Shown here piece by piece: positions 28,630 to 39,393 of a DNA stretch of 64,000 nucleotides (position 1 is its first letter; each line of letters begins with the position of its first letter). The DNA is from an uncultured Chloroflexia bacterium (GTDB taxonomy: Bacteria; Chloroflexota; Limnocylindria; Limnocylindrales; CSP1-4). The stretch covers positions 256,001-320,000 of the forward strand of contig CAWHDR010000001.1 in the NCBI GenBank assembly GCA_963828165.1, read 5' to 3'. Made by a program: the position numbers and the translations under genes. The notes beneath the pieces are model-generated. The model ran no database searches, was not told the origin of the DNA, and was given only the letters and a program-made list of their open reading frames with translations.

Positions 28630-28894
28630 CGCCAGAATGAAGGAGGTTTGGCTGCGGCTGTCATGGCAAGACGATACCGGACGTGTGCAATAGGCAGCCG
28701 GAGCAGTTCGTGATTCGGGGATATTGACGGACCGTGCTACGTTGTGCCGCATCACTCCAGTCAAAGCTGTGGGTAATCACCATGACCTGCATGGCCAACC
28801 CTGGAGTCGACTGCAGCGCCCGGGTTCGACCCAGCCAACGAGCCCGTATCACCTGCGCGCCGCCCCAGGCGGCGCACCCATGGAGGAGTCAACG

Positions 28895-30340
28895 GTGCGC
28901 AAGATCGAAGTCCCCCGTACCCGCCCGCGAAAGACGGGCAATGCTCTGCCGGACAGTATCGGCCGCCTGGCTGCCATCCTCGTGGCCTTGGTCCTCATCG
29001 TCGCTGCCTGTGGCCCGGCTGGGGGCAGCGCGGCTCCCACCACCGGGTCGGTCGCACCGCCAAGCGCGGCGCCGTCCGATGGCGCCGCACCGTCCGGCAG
29101 CGCCGCGGCAGGTGGCCTGGAGCCGCCGGCCACCAAGGTCGACCTCGTGGTCTGGAATCCCTTCACGGGACCAGACGGCGGGTTCTTCAGTGAGATCGTC
29201 GACAAGTTCAATGCCGAGACGCCGAACGTCCAGGTGACGATCGAGACGCAGGTCGGCGCGGAGTACATCGCCAAGCTCGAGGCGGCCGCCGCCGCCAACC
29301 AGCTGCCGCACGTCATCGCCGCCGGGTACGATGCCCTCCCGCTGCTCACTGAAAATGGGATCGTCACGCCGATCGACGACCTTGCCACGCAGGCCGGGCT
29401 GGACGCCTCTGACTTCCCTGAGGCGATCTGGAACGCCGGGCAGTGGAAGGACCAGCGGGTGGGCATCCCGATCGACACCCACACGATGAACTTCTACTAC
29501 AACAAGAAGCTGTTCACGGACGCTGGGCTCGATCCCGAGAAGCCGCCGGCCACCAAGGATGAGTTCGAGGCCGCCATCAAGGCCGTCCAGGACAGCACCG
29601 ACGCCGATGGATACCAGATGGTCGCCAGTGGCCCCGGAGCAAACTTCCTCGTCGGCATCCAGTTCGCGGCACTCTTCTATCAGGGCGGCGGTGAGTGGAC
29701 CAACGCCGACTTCACCGAAGCCACGTTCAACACTGACGCCGGCGTCCAGGCGGCCACGTACCTCAAGCACCTCGTCGACGACCTGGGCGTTCCGAAGGTC
29801 GAGAGCGACGCGGAGATCAACGCTTTTCAGCAGGGCAAGAACGCCATGGTCATGTCGGGCATCTGGGAGACCACCCGGTACAACGACGCCCTCGGCGCCG
29901 ATCTCGGCGTCGCGCCGATCCCGGCGATCTTCGGGGACGGCACGTGGGGCGGCTCGCACAATCTCGCCGTGACCGCCGCGGCAGAGGGCGACCTGCGTCA
30001 GGGCGCCTACTACTTCATCGATTGGTTCTCGCGCAATTCTCTCGACTGGGGCGCAGCCGGCCAGATCCCGGCCCGCAACGAGGTCCGGGAGTCGCCTGAG
30101 TTCCAGAACGCGTCCGGCGAGGGCCTCCTGCCGCTCATCGCGCAGGTCGCGCCGCTGGCCGAGTCCGTGAAGTTCCTGCCGACGATCCCGGGCGGCGGCG
30201 ACATCCTCTTCGTGGCCAATGGGGCTGGTGAGGCGGCGACGTTCGCGATCAACGGGACTGACCCGAAACAGGCGCTCGACGCCGCGGCGACGTTCAACTC
30301 GCAGATCCTCAAGGAGAACAAGACCAAGTACGGGTTCTGA
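28895..30340 (+). CDS. Carbohydrate ABC substrate-binding lipoprotein (CUT1)
   Basis: GGAGGA RBS; lipobox VAAC; WNPFTGPDG, FYYNK, GQIPAR. Confidence 0.92.
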   Translation: MRKIEVPRTRPRKTGNALPDSIGRLAAILVALVLIVAACGPAGGSAAPTTGSVAPPSAAPSDGAAPSGSAAAGGLEPPATKVDLVVWNPFTGPDGGFFSEIVDKFNAETPNVQVTIETQVGAEYIAKLEAAAAANQLPHVIAAGYDALPLLTENGIVTPIDDLATQAGLDASDFPEAIWNAGQWKDQRVGIPIDTHTMNFYYNKKLFTDAGLDPEKPPATKDEFEAAIKAVQDSTDADGYQMVASGPGANFLVGIQFAALFYQGGGEWTNADFTEATFNTDAGVQAATYLKHLVDDLGVPKVESDAEINAFQQGKNAMVMSGIWETTRYNDALGADLGVAPIPAIFGDGTWGGSHNLAVTAAAEGDLRQGAYYFIDWFSRNSLDWGAAGQIPARNEVRESPEFQNASGEGLLPLIAQVAPLAESVKFLPTIPGGGDILFVANGAGEAATFAINGTDPKQALDAAATFNSQILKENKTKYGF

Positions 30341-30354
30341 CCCGGCGGTCGCAG

Positions 30355-30391
30355 GGGCGATCCGCGGCGGCTCCGGCTGCGCGGATCGCCC
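30355..30391 (+). terminator. Stem-loop after the SBP gene
   Basis: 12-bp inverted repeat GGGCGATCCGCG/CGCGGATCGCCC. Confidence 0.55.
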
Positions 30392-30418
30392 GCAACCACC
30401 TGACGCTGGAGTGACGCG

Positions 30419-31402
30419 ATGACCGACGCAAGCGTGGGGGCCGTCCACCGGACGAAGGACCAGGGCCGTCGCTCGTTCGGGCGATCCAAACGCAAGGACG
30501 TCCGCCGGCGCATTGGCGAGAAGCCGTGGACGCCGTACCTGTTCATCGCGCCGCACTTCATCATCTTCGCGATCTTCATCCTGTATCCGTTCTTCCTGGG
30601 CATCTGGATCAGCCTGCACGACTCGTCCTCGCTCCGCGACGGGCCGTTCGTGGGGTTCAACAACTACCTCAAGGTGCTCGATCCCTCGAGCATCCATTTC
30701 CCGCGCTTCTGGAACACCGTCTGGAACACGATCCTGTTCGTACTGATGAGTGTTCCGTTGCTCATCGGCGTCGGGTTGCTGCTCGCCACGCTCCTGAACC
30801 AGAAGCTCCGTGGCCGGAACGTGTTCCGGGCCATCTACTTCGTCCCGTGGACGCTTTCCGTCGCCGTCGTCGGCCTGACCTGGTGGTGGGTCTTCAACAG
30901 CAACGCGGGGTTCGTGCCACTGCTGCTCGAGTCCTGGTTCGGTGGCAGCCCCAACTTCCTCGCGTCCAATCCGTGGGCCTGGTTCACGATCAACATCGCC
31001 ACGCTGTGGTGGACGATCGGCTTCAACACGATCATCTTCCTCGCGGGCATGCAGGCGATCTCCGCGGACCTCTACGAGGCGGCGTCCGTGGATGGGGCCA
31101 ATCGCTGGCAGCAATTCCGCTCCATCACCCTGCCCAGTCTCCGTCCCATCCTGCTGCTCGTCGTGACCCTCCAGATCCTGGCCTCGTTCCAGCTCGTCGG
31201 GCAGCCCCAGATCATCACCGGCGGGGGGCCACCGAGCGCCCTCGGTGGCGAGACGGCCCCAGTGCTTCTGCACATCTACCAGACCGGCTTCGAGGGCCGG
31301 CGCGAGCTCAGCTTCGCCGCCGCCATGGCGCTCATCGTGGCCGCGATGATGGTGGTGGTCAGCGTCATCAACTTCCGCCTGTTCAGCTCAGAGCGGTCGT
31401 AG
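30419..31402 (+). CDS. Carbohydrate ABC permease (MalF-like)
   Basis: EAA loop LYEAASVDGA..ITLP. Confidence 0.93.
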   Translation: MTDASVGAVHRTKDQGRRSFGRSKRKDVRRRIGEKPWTPYLFIAPHFIIFAIFILYPFFLGIWISLHDSSSLRDGPFVGFNNYLKVLDPSSIHFPRFWNTVWNTILFVLMSVPLLIGVGLLLATLLNQKLRGRNVFRAIYFVPWTLSVAVVGLTWWWVFNSNAGFVPLLLESWFGGSPNFLASNPWAWFTINIATLWWTIGFNTIIFLAGMQAISADLYEAASVDGANRWQQFRSITLPSLRPILLLVVTLQILASFQLVGQPQIITGGGPPSALGGETAPVLLHIYQTGFEGRRELSFAAAMALIVAAMMVVVSVINFRLFSSERS

Positions 31403-31412
31403 GAGGGATGCC

Positions 31413-32297
31413 ATGACCAGTGCCCTCGAACGCGGCCTCGCGCACGACGAACCCACCGAGCTGAGGGTCGTCGGCCGACGGCGCACCCGAGGCGGATCCA
31501 GGATCCTCCTGATCGCCAGCCTCGTCGCGATCGCGATCTTCTTCATCTTGCCGCTGGTCCTCGTGCTGTCCGCGTCACTCAAGTTCCAGGCCGAGGTCTT
31601 CACGGACACGGGGTTCATCCCGGCAGACCCCGGCCTCGAGAACTACGAGGCCCTGTTCGGCGGGAACGCCGAGTTCGGAAGCTGGTTCATCAACAGCGCC
31701 ATCGTGGCGACGGTCGGGACCGTGCTCGTGCTGATCCTCACGTCGCTCTCGGCATACGCGTTCGCGCGCATCGACTTCCCCGGCAAGGGCCCCCTGTTCG
31801 GGTTGCTCATCGTCACGCTGCTGCTGCCGGGCGTGATGTTCCTCGTCCCGCAGGTGAAGATCATCGGGGCGCTGGGCCTGTACGACACGCTGCCGGCCAT
31901 GTTCCTGCCCGGACTCGCCGGGGTCTTCGGGCTGTTCTTCATGCGCCAATTCTTCCTGGGGCTGCCGCTCGAGTTGGAGGAGGCCGCCTACGTCGATGGC
32001 GCCGGTCGGCTGACGACGTTCCGCTCGGTGGCGCTGCCGCTGGCCGGCCCGGCGCTGGCCACGCTGGCGGTGATCACGTTCCTCGCGTTCTGGAACGAAT
32101 ACCTCTGGCCGCTGATCATCTGCCAGGACAACTGCACGCTGCCGCCGGGCCTCAAGTCGCTGCAGCGCCAGTTCACCGGCGATCCGGGTCTCGTCATGGC
32201 GGGCGCCGTGGTGGCGGCCGTGCCGGTGCTCATCCTGTACCTGATCCTGCAGCGCTACATCGTCCAGAGCGTGGCGTCCACCGGCATCAAGGGTTGA
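31413..32297 (+). CDS. Carbohydrate ABC permease (MalG-like)
   Basis: ELEEAAYVDGAG, WNEYLWPL, TGIKG. Confidence 0.93.
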   Translation: MTSALERGLAHDEPTELRVVGRRRTRGGSRILLIASLVAIAIFFILPLVLVLSASLKFQAEVFTDTGFIPADPGLENYEALFGGNAEFGSWFINSAIVATVGTVLVLILTSLSAYAFARIDFPGKGPLFGLLIVTLLLPGVMFLVPQVKIIGALGLYDTLPAMFLPGLAGVFGLFFMRQFFLGLPLELEEAAYVDGAGRLTTFRSVALPLAGPALATLAVITFLAFWNEYLWPLIICQDNCTLPPGLKSLQRQFTGDPGLVMAGAVVAAVPVLILYLILQRYIVQSVASTGIKG

Positions 32298-35152
32298 TGT
32301 CGAGTCAGCGCGCCTCCATGCCCCTCGACGGGGAGTGGTCCTTCGTCGCGGATCCCGATGGACGGTACGACCCGCACCACCTGCCCGGGGGCCAGCCGAT
32401 CTCGGTCCCGGGTTGCTGGGAGGCTCAGATCCCGGACCCGTATGGGATCGTCACAGCGTGGTTCAGTCGCACCTTCGAGGTCCCCGCCGCCTGGGACGCG
32501 GGCCGGCTCGTGATCCGTTTCGGCGCGGTCATGTACGCCTGCGAGGTGTTCCTCAACGGCGTCTCCATCGGCGGGCATGAAGGTGGCTACACCCCGTTCG
32601 AGCTCGAGGCTGGCCAGCAGGCGGTCCGTGGAGGCCCGAATCGCATCGACGTCCGGGTCACGAACCCGCTGAACGTCATCGCGGACTACCCCGTCTTCCC
32701 GGAAGCCGACCTGCGCCCGCTCGAGGCGCTCGCTCCGGACATCCCGTTCGGTGAGATCCCGCACGGCAAGCAGACCTGGTACTCGAGCCAGAGCGGCATC
32801 TGGCAATCGGTCGCGCTCGAATGGCGACCCGCGGTAGCGCTGCGGCCACTGCGGATCCGACCGGACGTGGCGGCCGCTCGAGCGATCATCGACTGGGGGC
32901 TCGATCCCGGCGGTGATGCCGCCCTGCCCGAGGGCGCCGTCATCAGCGTCGAGGTCGTCGGCCCCGACGGGGAGCCTGCCGGCTCGATCACCGCCGTGGC
33001 GAAGGGCGGGCGGGGGCACGGGGAGCTCCTGGTGGAGATTGCGAACCTGCGCCTCTGGGATATCGATCGACCGAATCTCTACGTCGCGAGGGCGAGGCTG
33101 GAGGATGCCGCAGGCACGCCGATGGACGAGGTCTCTGCGCGGTTCGGGATGCGCGAGATCCGGACCGAACAGGGCCGGATCCTGCTGAACGGACGCCCGA
33201 TCTACATCCTTGGCGCCCTCGACCAGGATCTCTATCCGGACACGATCTCGACCCCTCCGTCGCGGGCCTTCCTCGACGAGCAGATGCGCCGCACCCGGGA
33301 GATGGGCATCAACCTCCTGCGATGTCACATCAAGGTGCCCGATCCCGCGTATCTCGATGCGGCCGACGAGGCAGGTTTGCTCGTGTGGTGCGAGCTGCCG
33401 AACTGGCTGCGCTTCAGCCGGGGAGCCGCGCAGAGAGGTCGAGCGACCCTCAAGGCGATGGTCGAGGAGCTCGGCAACCATCCGTCGATCGTGGCCTGGA
33501 CGATCATCAACGAGGACTGGGGCACCCGCGTGCGCCAGGAGGCACGCGATCGGCGGTGGCTCGCTCAGACCTATGACTGGCTGAGAGCGCTCGACCCGAG
33601 CCGACTCATCGTCGATAACTCCGCCTGCGAGACCGCGGCCTGGCCCAACTTCCACGTTCGCAGCGACCTAGCCGACTTCCACGTCTACTTCGCGGCGCCG
33701 GATCATGCGAGTCGGTGGCGTGCGCGGGTCGAGGAGTACGCCGGACGTCCGGCCTGGCTCTGGAGCCCCCACGGGGACGCGCGCCAGCGCGGCGACGAAC
33801 CCCTCGTCCTGAGCGAGTTCGGCAGCTGGGGCCTACCTCGGCCGGAGCGACTCGTGGGTGAGGCCGGACGGCCGCCGTGGTGGTACAGGACCGGCCGGAG
33901 CTACTTCCGTCCAAGCGGAATGTCCGAGCGCTTCGAGCGCAGCGGCCTCGAGCGGATCTGGACGTCGGTCGGGGAGATGGCGGATGCCACCCAGTGGCAC
34001 CAGTTCGAGGCGCTCCAGTACGAGATCGGCGAGCTTCGGCGACACGACACCATCCAGGGTTATGTCGTCACGGAGCTGTGCGACGCGAACTGGGAGGCGA
34101 ACGGGCTGCTCGACGAGCGGCGGGGACCGAAGGTCTTCCACGATCGGCTGCAAGATCTCCATGCGCCCGACGTGGTCGTCGCCGACCTCGACCGACGCGA
34201 CTATCAGGGCGGCGATCAGATCAGCGCGGAGGTGACCCTGTCGTCGTACGGTGAGCCGGCTGGCGGCGGGACGCTCACGTGGTGGTTGGACGGTCACGGA
34301 CTGAGCGGCGAACGAACGAGCTCCACCATCGGGGCGTGGCCCGAGGGCGGGGCTCGCGTGGTCGGCCGGATCGACGTGGCGACGCCGCACGTCGAAGCGG
34401 CCCGCGACGCCATCCTCCACGTGGTCGCCAGCGACGACGCCGGCCGGGAACGCGCCTGCACTGCCTACGGCATCGCCCTCGTGCCGGCTCCCGGCCGGCT
34501 CGGAGAACGGCTCGACGTCGCGATCCACGATCCGAACGGGTTGTGGGACGTGGAGGGCCTGATCGCTACCCTGGGCCACCGCCGTGCGGGGCGCCATGCC
34601 GCGGGAATCGTGGTCACGACCGAGCTGGACCGCGACCTCCTCGAGCATGTCGAGCGAGGCGGGCGTGCCCTCCTCCTCGCCCGGAGCCGTGACGCCATCG
34701 CGCCGGGTCTCGAGCTCGCGCGCCCGCTCGCCATCCACCCACGCAATCTCCCGCATGAGGACTGGGCCGACGAGCGCAACCCGTGGGACGGCGACTGGGT
34801 GACCACCTGGAGCTGGATCCGCCACGACATCCTGCCGGGTCTTCCCGAACGAGCGCCCCTGGACTTCGCCTACCAGGAGGTCATGCCCGATCACGTCATC
34901 GCCGGCTACGACCCGGAACGCGACGGCGACGAGGTCGCCGCCGGGATATTCGCGGGCTGGGTGCACGCCCCCGCGGCGCTCGCCTGGACGTTCCCGCAAG
35001 GAGCGGGCTCGCTGACCGTGACGACCTTCCGGGTAGCGCCCGAATCGGGCCCGGTCGCCTCGCTCCTCCTCGATCGTCTCGTGCGTCACGCTGCGGGAGC
35101 GCCGCTGACCGAGCGCGGCGCGCTGGCCAGCGCGCAGGTGCCGCCGGCCTGA
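32297..35152 (+). CDS. GH2 glycoside hydrolase (cytoplasmic)
   Basis: HEGGYTPF, GKQ..SGIWQ, GALDQ, LRCHIK, NHPS..NEDWG, SEFG. Confidence 0.9.
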   Translation: MSSQRASMPLDGEWSFVADPDGRYDPHHLPGGQPISVPGCWEAQIPDPYGIVTAWFSRTFEVPAAWDAGRLVIRFGAVMYACEVFLNGVSIGGHEGGYTPFELEAGQQAVRGGPNRIDVRVTNPLNVIADYPVFPEADLRPLEALAPDIPFGEIPHGKQTWYSSQSGIWQSVALEWRPAVALRPLRIRPDVAAARAIIDWGLDPGGDAALPEGAVISVEVVGPDGEPAGSITAVAKGGRGHGELLVEIANLRLWDIDRPNLYVARARLEDAAGTPMDEVSARFGMREIRTEQGRILLNGRPIYILGALDQDLYPDTISTPPSRAFLDEQMRRTREMGINLLRCHIKVPDPAYLDAADEAGLLVWCELPNWLRFSRGAAQRGRATLKAMVEELGNHPSIVAWTIINEDWGTRVRQEARDRRWLAQTYDWLRALDPSRLIVDNSACETAAWPNFHVRSDLADFHVYFAAPDHASRWRARVEEYAGRPAWLWSPHGDARQRGDEPLVLSEFGSWGLPRPERLVGEAGRPPWWYRTGRSYFRPSGMSERFERSGLERIWTSVGEMADATQWHQFEALQYEIGELRRHDTIQGYVVTELCDANWEANGLLDERRGPKVFHDRLQDLHAPDVVVADLDRRDYQGGDQISAEVTLSSYGEPAGGGTLTWWLDGHGLSGERTSSTIGAWPEGGARVVGRIDVATPHVEAARDAILHVVASDDAGRERACTAYGIALVPAPGRLGERLDVAIHDPNGLWDVEGLIATLGHRRAGRHAAGIVVTTELDRDLLEHVERGGRALLLARSRDAIAPGLELARPLAIHPRNLPHEDWADERNPWDGDWVTTWSWIRHDILPGLPERAPLDFAYQEVMPDHVIAGYDPERDGDEVAAGIFAGWVHAPAALAWTFPQGAGSLTVTTFRVAPESGPVASLLLDRLVRHAAGAPLTERGALASAQVPPA

Positions 35153-36279
35153 TGCGAGTGGGTATGAGGACGCTCGCCGTGCTGCTTATGGCTGCCGTCG
35201 CTGCGTGCGCGGAGCCGGGCGCGACCGGCCTGGGCTCGCCGTCCGGCTCGGGATCGCGGGCACCCGGGAGCGGCTCGACCACGCCCACGTCGAGCGCCCC
35301 GTCGTCGCCCGCCGTGAGCCCGACGGTTCCCGAAGGTCAGTTCATCAACCCGGTGATCGACCGAAACTTCGCCGATCCTTTCGTGCTCGAAGTCGACGGC
35401 ACGTACTACGCGTACGCGACCGGCAACCTGACCTACAACATCCAGGTCACGACCTCGACCGACCTCGTCCATTGGGAGCGCGCCCGCGAAGCGTTGCCAC
35501 GGCTGCCCCTCTGGCAGCCCACCTCCAAGGGCCTGACCTGGGCCCCGGAGGTGACTGAGACGGATGCGGGGTTCGTCATGCACTACACCGGCCGCGATGT
35601 CCAGGCCGGAATGCAATGCCTGGGCGTGGCCACCGCAGTCGATCCGACGGGGCCGTTCGTGGACGAGAGCAACGGACCGCTCCTCTGCCAGCACGACCTC
35701 GGCGGATCCATCGATTCGAGTCCCTTCCTGGACGCCGACGGCACGCGTTACCTGCTGTGGAAGAGCGATGGGAACTGCTGCGGGATCCCGGTCCGCATGT
35801 TCATCTCGGAATTGGCCGCTGACGGCAGGACGCTCGTGGGCGAGCCGACAGATCTCGGGCTGGCGGTCGACGCTCCGTGGGAACGGAATCTGATCGAGGC
35901 ACCGACCCTCCTCTTCCACGACGGGACCTACCACCTGTTCTTCTCGGCCAACGACTACGGGAGCCGGAACTACGCCGCGGGCTACGCAACCTCCGCGAAG
36001 GTGCGCGGCCCGTACGTCGACGCCGATGAGAACCCGATCCTGTCTACGGACATCCCGGTCGGCACCGCCGGCCTCCCAGCGGGTCCCGGTCATCAATCGA
36101 TCATCGCCGACGGCGCCGGGGACCTGTGGATCGTCTATCACGCCTGGGACAGCGGGCTGATCGGCGACTCGATCGGGGGACGACGGAGCATGTGGATCGA
36201 CGAGCTCGTGTTCGAGGACGGCCGGCCCGTGGTGAAGGGGCCGGACGTCGGGCCTCAGCCGGTGCCGGCGCCCCCGTGA
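35152..36279 (+). CDS. GH43 glycoside hydrolase lipoprotein
   Basis: Lipobox VAAC, Ser/Pro linker, FADP, WAPE, SID, IEAP, GPGH. Confidence 0.9.
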   Translation: MRVGMRTLAVLLMAAVAACAEPGATGLGSPSGSGSRAPGSGSTTPTSSAPSSPAVSPTVPEGQFINPVIDRNFADPFVLEVDGTYYAYATGNLTYNIQVTTSTDLVHWERAREALPRLPLWQPTSKGLTWAPEVTETDAGFVMHYTGRDVQAGMQCLGVATAVDPTGPFVDESNGPLLCQHDLGGSIDSSPFLDADGTRYLLWKSDGNCCGIPVRMFISELAADGRTLVGEPTDLGLAVDAPWERNLIEAPTLLFHDGTYHLFFSANDYGSRNYAAGYATSAKVRGPYVDADENPILSTDIPVGTAGLPAGPGHQSIIADGAGDLWIVYHAWDSGLIGDSIGGRRSMWIDELVFEDGRPVVKGPDVGPQPVPAPP

Positions 36280-37547
36280 GGATCGTCCCGGCCAGCCGGC
36301 GCCGCTCGATGGGATGCCAGCGGTCGAGGCTCGGGACCGGCCGGAAACGGCTCCAGAACGCCGTCCAGCCCCGCACGGGCGAGGGCACGGTAGCGCTCGC
36401 CCACCGGATGCGGGCGGCGGTCGAGATCCACGAGCCCGCAGGCGTTAGGCCGGTCGTTCACCTCCCGCAGGGCGGTGTCCCAGTCGACGTGGTCGACGAA
36501 CCCATACCAGCACACACCGCGGATGGGCAGCCCTTCTGCGCGAAGCACCAGCGCCTCGTTCCAAACCGTGGCCAGCCAGGCCTCGGCCGCGGGGCCCTCC
36601 ATGTTCGTTTCGCTCAACATGAAGGGCAACCCGAAGTGGGCGTGATAGGCGCGCGCCTGGGCGGCATAGCCCCGGGGCTCCTCGCGGAGCTGGGCGGAAC
36701 CGTCCGCCCCGATGAGCCACTCGTTCCCGGCGTAGAAGTCGTGACCGACGATGCAGCTATCGCTGGAGCCGTTCTCGGCGTACCAGGCGAGTCGCTCCTC
36801 CCCCATCCCGTTCGCTCGCAGCCAAATCGTCACGAGCTCGCCGGGTCGACGGCCGTACGTCAGGTCCCAGGCCACGAACCGGAGCTCGTTGAGGTACTGC
36901 GCCTGCTGCCTCGCCTCAGGAACCGCCGGCTCATATCCCTCACAGGTGTCGCTCTGCACAAAGACCGCGTCGGGGCGTCGCGCGCGGATCGCGGCCATCG
37001 CGAGCACGGCGGAGGTCGCCGCCCCATCGATGGCCGCGACGAAGCTCGCATCGTCCGTACGACGCTCGTTCCACCATCCGAGCTGGGCCGAGAAGCGGGC
37101 GCTGATCAATGGCTCGTTGACCGGCGTGTAGTAGCGGACCCACGGATAGCGATGGGCGAAGCGGTCCGCGAAGGACGCGAACCGGGATGGCAGCCCTGGG
37201 TCGCCGAAGCCCCAGAGGTCATCGGGCAGGCCGAAGTGGAGCAGGTCGACGATGGGCTCGATCCCGTTGGCCTGCAATGCCGACATGGCTCGGTCCGTCC
37301 AGCGCCAGTCCAGCCGCCCGGGAATTGCGGCGATGACGTGGAACGGGATCCCGTAGCGCAGGTATCGGATCCCGAACTCGGCGACGAGCGCGAGGTCCGC
37401 CTCGACTCTGTCGTCGTGCCCGGTCTTGCGCAGCTCGTCCTGGCGGATCCCACCTTCGATCAGTGGCGCCGAGCATTCGATCCCCGAGGCGATGACGAAG
37501 CCTCGATCCAGCTCCAGCGTGAGCGCGTCCCCGGCGGCGATGGACAT
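36255..37547 (-). CDS. GH1-like glycoside hydrolase (short type)
   Basis: GIECS, DLLHFG, TPVNEP acid/base, SETN nucleophile; GAGGA RBS. Confidence 0.85.
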   Translation of the reverse strand: MSIAAGDALTLELDRGFVIASGIECSAPLIEGGIRQDELRKTGHDDRVEADLALVAEFGIRYLRYGIPFHVIAAIPGRLDWRWTDRAMSALQANGIEPIVDLLHFGLPDDLWGFGDPGLPSRFASFADRFAHRYPWVRYYTPVNEPLISARFSAQLGWWNERRTDDASFVAAIDGAATSAVLAMAAIRARRPDAVFVQSDTCEGYEPAVPEARQQAQYLNELRFVAWDLTYGRRPGELVTIWLRANGMGEERLAWYAENGSSDSCIVGHDFYAGNEWLIGADGSAQLREEPRGYAAQARAYHAHFGLPFMLSETNMEGPAAEAWLATVWNEALVLRAEGLPIRGVCWYGFVDHVDWDTALREVNDRPNACGLVDLDRRPHPVGERYRALARAGLDGVLEPFPAGPEPRPLASHRAAPAGRDDPHGGAGTG

Positions 37548-37653
37548 CGTTTCCTCATGACGGCCGTCGCGCGCGACGGTCGTCGCTCGCTCCGTGGAAT
37601 GATGCGGCAACCGCAGGCTCCGGACGTGCCGGCGGGCCTGCCACGGGACGCCG

Positions 37654-38868
37654 ATGCGTAGCCAAGGACCCAGCCCAGTGGCAGGGGACCTCCATCCGTC
37701 GGCGCTGCGGGCGGCACTCGTCGAGCGCGAGCCTGCCGCGGCCCGCGACCCGGATGCCGTAGAGATCGTCCGCGCTCCGGGTCGTGTGAACCTCATCGGT
37801 GAGCACACCGACTACAACGAAGGCTTCGTGCTGCCGGCCGCGATCGACCTCGAGATCCGGCTGGCCCTCATCCCGACGAGCGATCGGCGGGTCGAGATCA
37901 CGGTCCTCGCCGATGGGACGACGAGCGGCTTCGATCTCGACGCGATCCCAGCGCGCCGGGGACACGGCATCGACTACGTCGCAGGCGTGGCGTGGTCGCT
38001 GGCCACGGCAGGGCTGCCGTTGCGTGGCTTCCGGGCCGTCCTCGCCAGCAATCTGCCGATGTCGGCGGGTCTGTCATCGTCGGCGGCGCTCGAGTTGGCG
38101 AGCGCCTGGGCCCTGCTGGAGCCGTCGGCGAGGCCGGTCACCGCGGCAGACCGGATGCAACTCGCTCAGCTGGCTCAGAAGGCAGAGAACGAGTTCGTAG
38201 GCGTGCGCAGCGGCCTGATGGACCAGTTCGCCTCGTCGCTCGGCCGACCGGGGACGGCGATGCTGCTGGACTGCCGATCGCTTGAGTGGCGGGCGGTCGC
38301 ATTGCCCCTCGAGGGTCTGGCCCTCGTGATCTGCGACAGTTCGGCTCCCCGGGATCTCGTTGCGTCCGAATACAACGCACGGCGAGCGCAATGCGAGCAG
38401 GCGGTCGCGATCATCGCTTCGATCGTTCCCGGCGTGCGTTCCCTGCGCGACGTCGATGAAGGCATCCTCGCGCGGACCTCAAACCGGCTGGATGACGAGA
38501 CGCGACGCCGGGTCGAACACGTCATCAGGGAGAACACGCGGGTCGTGGAATGCGTCGCAGCCCTCGAAGCTGGCAATCTCGCGGTCGTCGGTCGGCTGTT
38601 CGCCGAGAGCCATCGTTCGCTGCGCGACCTGTATGAGGTCAGTTCGCCCGCCCTCGATGCGCTCGTCGAGATCGCCTCCGCGGCTACCGGCACCGTCGCC
38701 GCCCGGATGACCGGCGCCGGCTTCGGTGGCTGCACGATCAACCTGGTGGCCCGCGACGCCGTGGATGAGTTCCGCGAAACCATCTCCCGCGACTACCCAG
38801 CCAGAACCGGCCTCCATGCCCGGGTGTTCACCGTCGAGCCGGCGGCCGGGGCAGGCTTGCTGCCGTGA
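37654..38868 (+). CDS. galK: Galactokinase
   Basis: APGRVNLIGEHTDYNEG, GLSSSAA, GLMDQ, RMTGAGFGGC. Confidence 0.97.
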   Translation: MRSQGPSPVAGDLHPSALRAALVEREPAAARDPDAVEIVRAPGRVNLIGEHTDYNEGFVLPAAIDLEIRLALIPTSDRRVEITVLADGTTSGFDLDAIPARRGHGIDYVAGVAWSLATAGLPLRGFRAVLASNLPMSAGLSSSAALELASAWALLEPSARPVTAADRMQLAQLAQKAENEFVGVRSGLMDQFASSLGRPGTAMLLDCRSLEWRAVALPLEGLALVICDSSAPRDLVASEYNARRAQCEQAVAIIASIVPGVRSLRDVDEGILARTSNRLDDETRRRVEHVIRENTRVVECVAALEAGNLAVVGRLFAESHRSLRDLYEVSSPALDALVEIASAATGTVAARMTGAGFGGCTINLVARDAVDEFRETISRDYPARTGLHARVFTVEPAAGAGLLP

Positions 38869-38888
38869 CCATTCCGGAGCCGGACGGG

Positions 38889-39137
38889 TCAGGGCTCCTT
38901 GTGTCGCCGCTCTGCCTCCGTCTCGGTCGCGGTCGCGGTCGGCTTGGCTCGCGGGGTGGCCAGGCTCCAGACGAACGATGCGAGGCGTTCTTCGGTCTCC
39001 AGCGCTGACTCGTATTCCGAGGTCCCCCGGACGAGGCGCTGCCGCTGCACCGAGGCGTCGGTCAAGGCCCCGATCTGCCTCTGGATCTGGTCGGCGTCGA
39101 TCGCCGCCTCGAGACCCGAGTCATCGCTGTTGTCCAC
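38889..39137 (-). CDS. Small hypothetical protein
   Basis: Helical-looking ORF filling a gap; start uncertain. Confidence 0.4.
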   Translation of the reverse strand: MDNSDDSGLEAAIDADQIQRQIGALTDASVQRQRLVRGTSEYESALETEERLASFVWSLATPRAKPTATATETEAERRHKEP

Positions 39138-39393
39138 TCTGGAATCATCGGGTGTAGGCCCATCGAGAGCTGAGGATGAAATCCCGCTTGCGGGGTCACA
39201 GGTCCGTAGCAATGGCGGGCGAAAACGTCACGGTGACACTGACATCTTCTCGGGACTGACAGTCCTGGGCATTCACGAGCGATAGGGTGACCCACGACCC
39301 CCAAGGATCGGCCGGCTGGGCGAAGGCTGTCGATTGCCGCCAACCGAGGGCCAAAAAAAGCGGCAGGCAGCGCCAGCGCCCTAGACTGGGCGC

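Noticed and set aside
39138-39374. Intergenic gap with a GTCACGGTGAC palindrome and an A7 run
   Set aside because: No RNA fold, repeat partner or convincing ORF; too short to exceed chance
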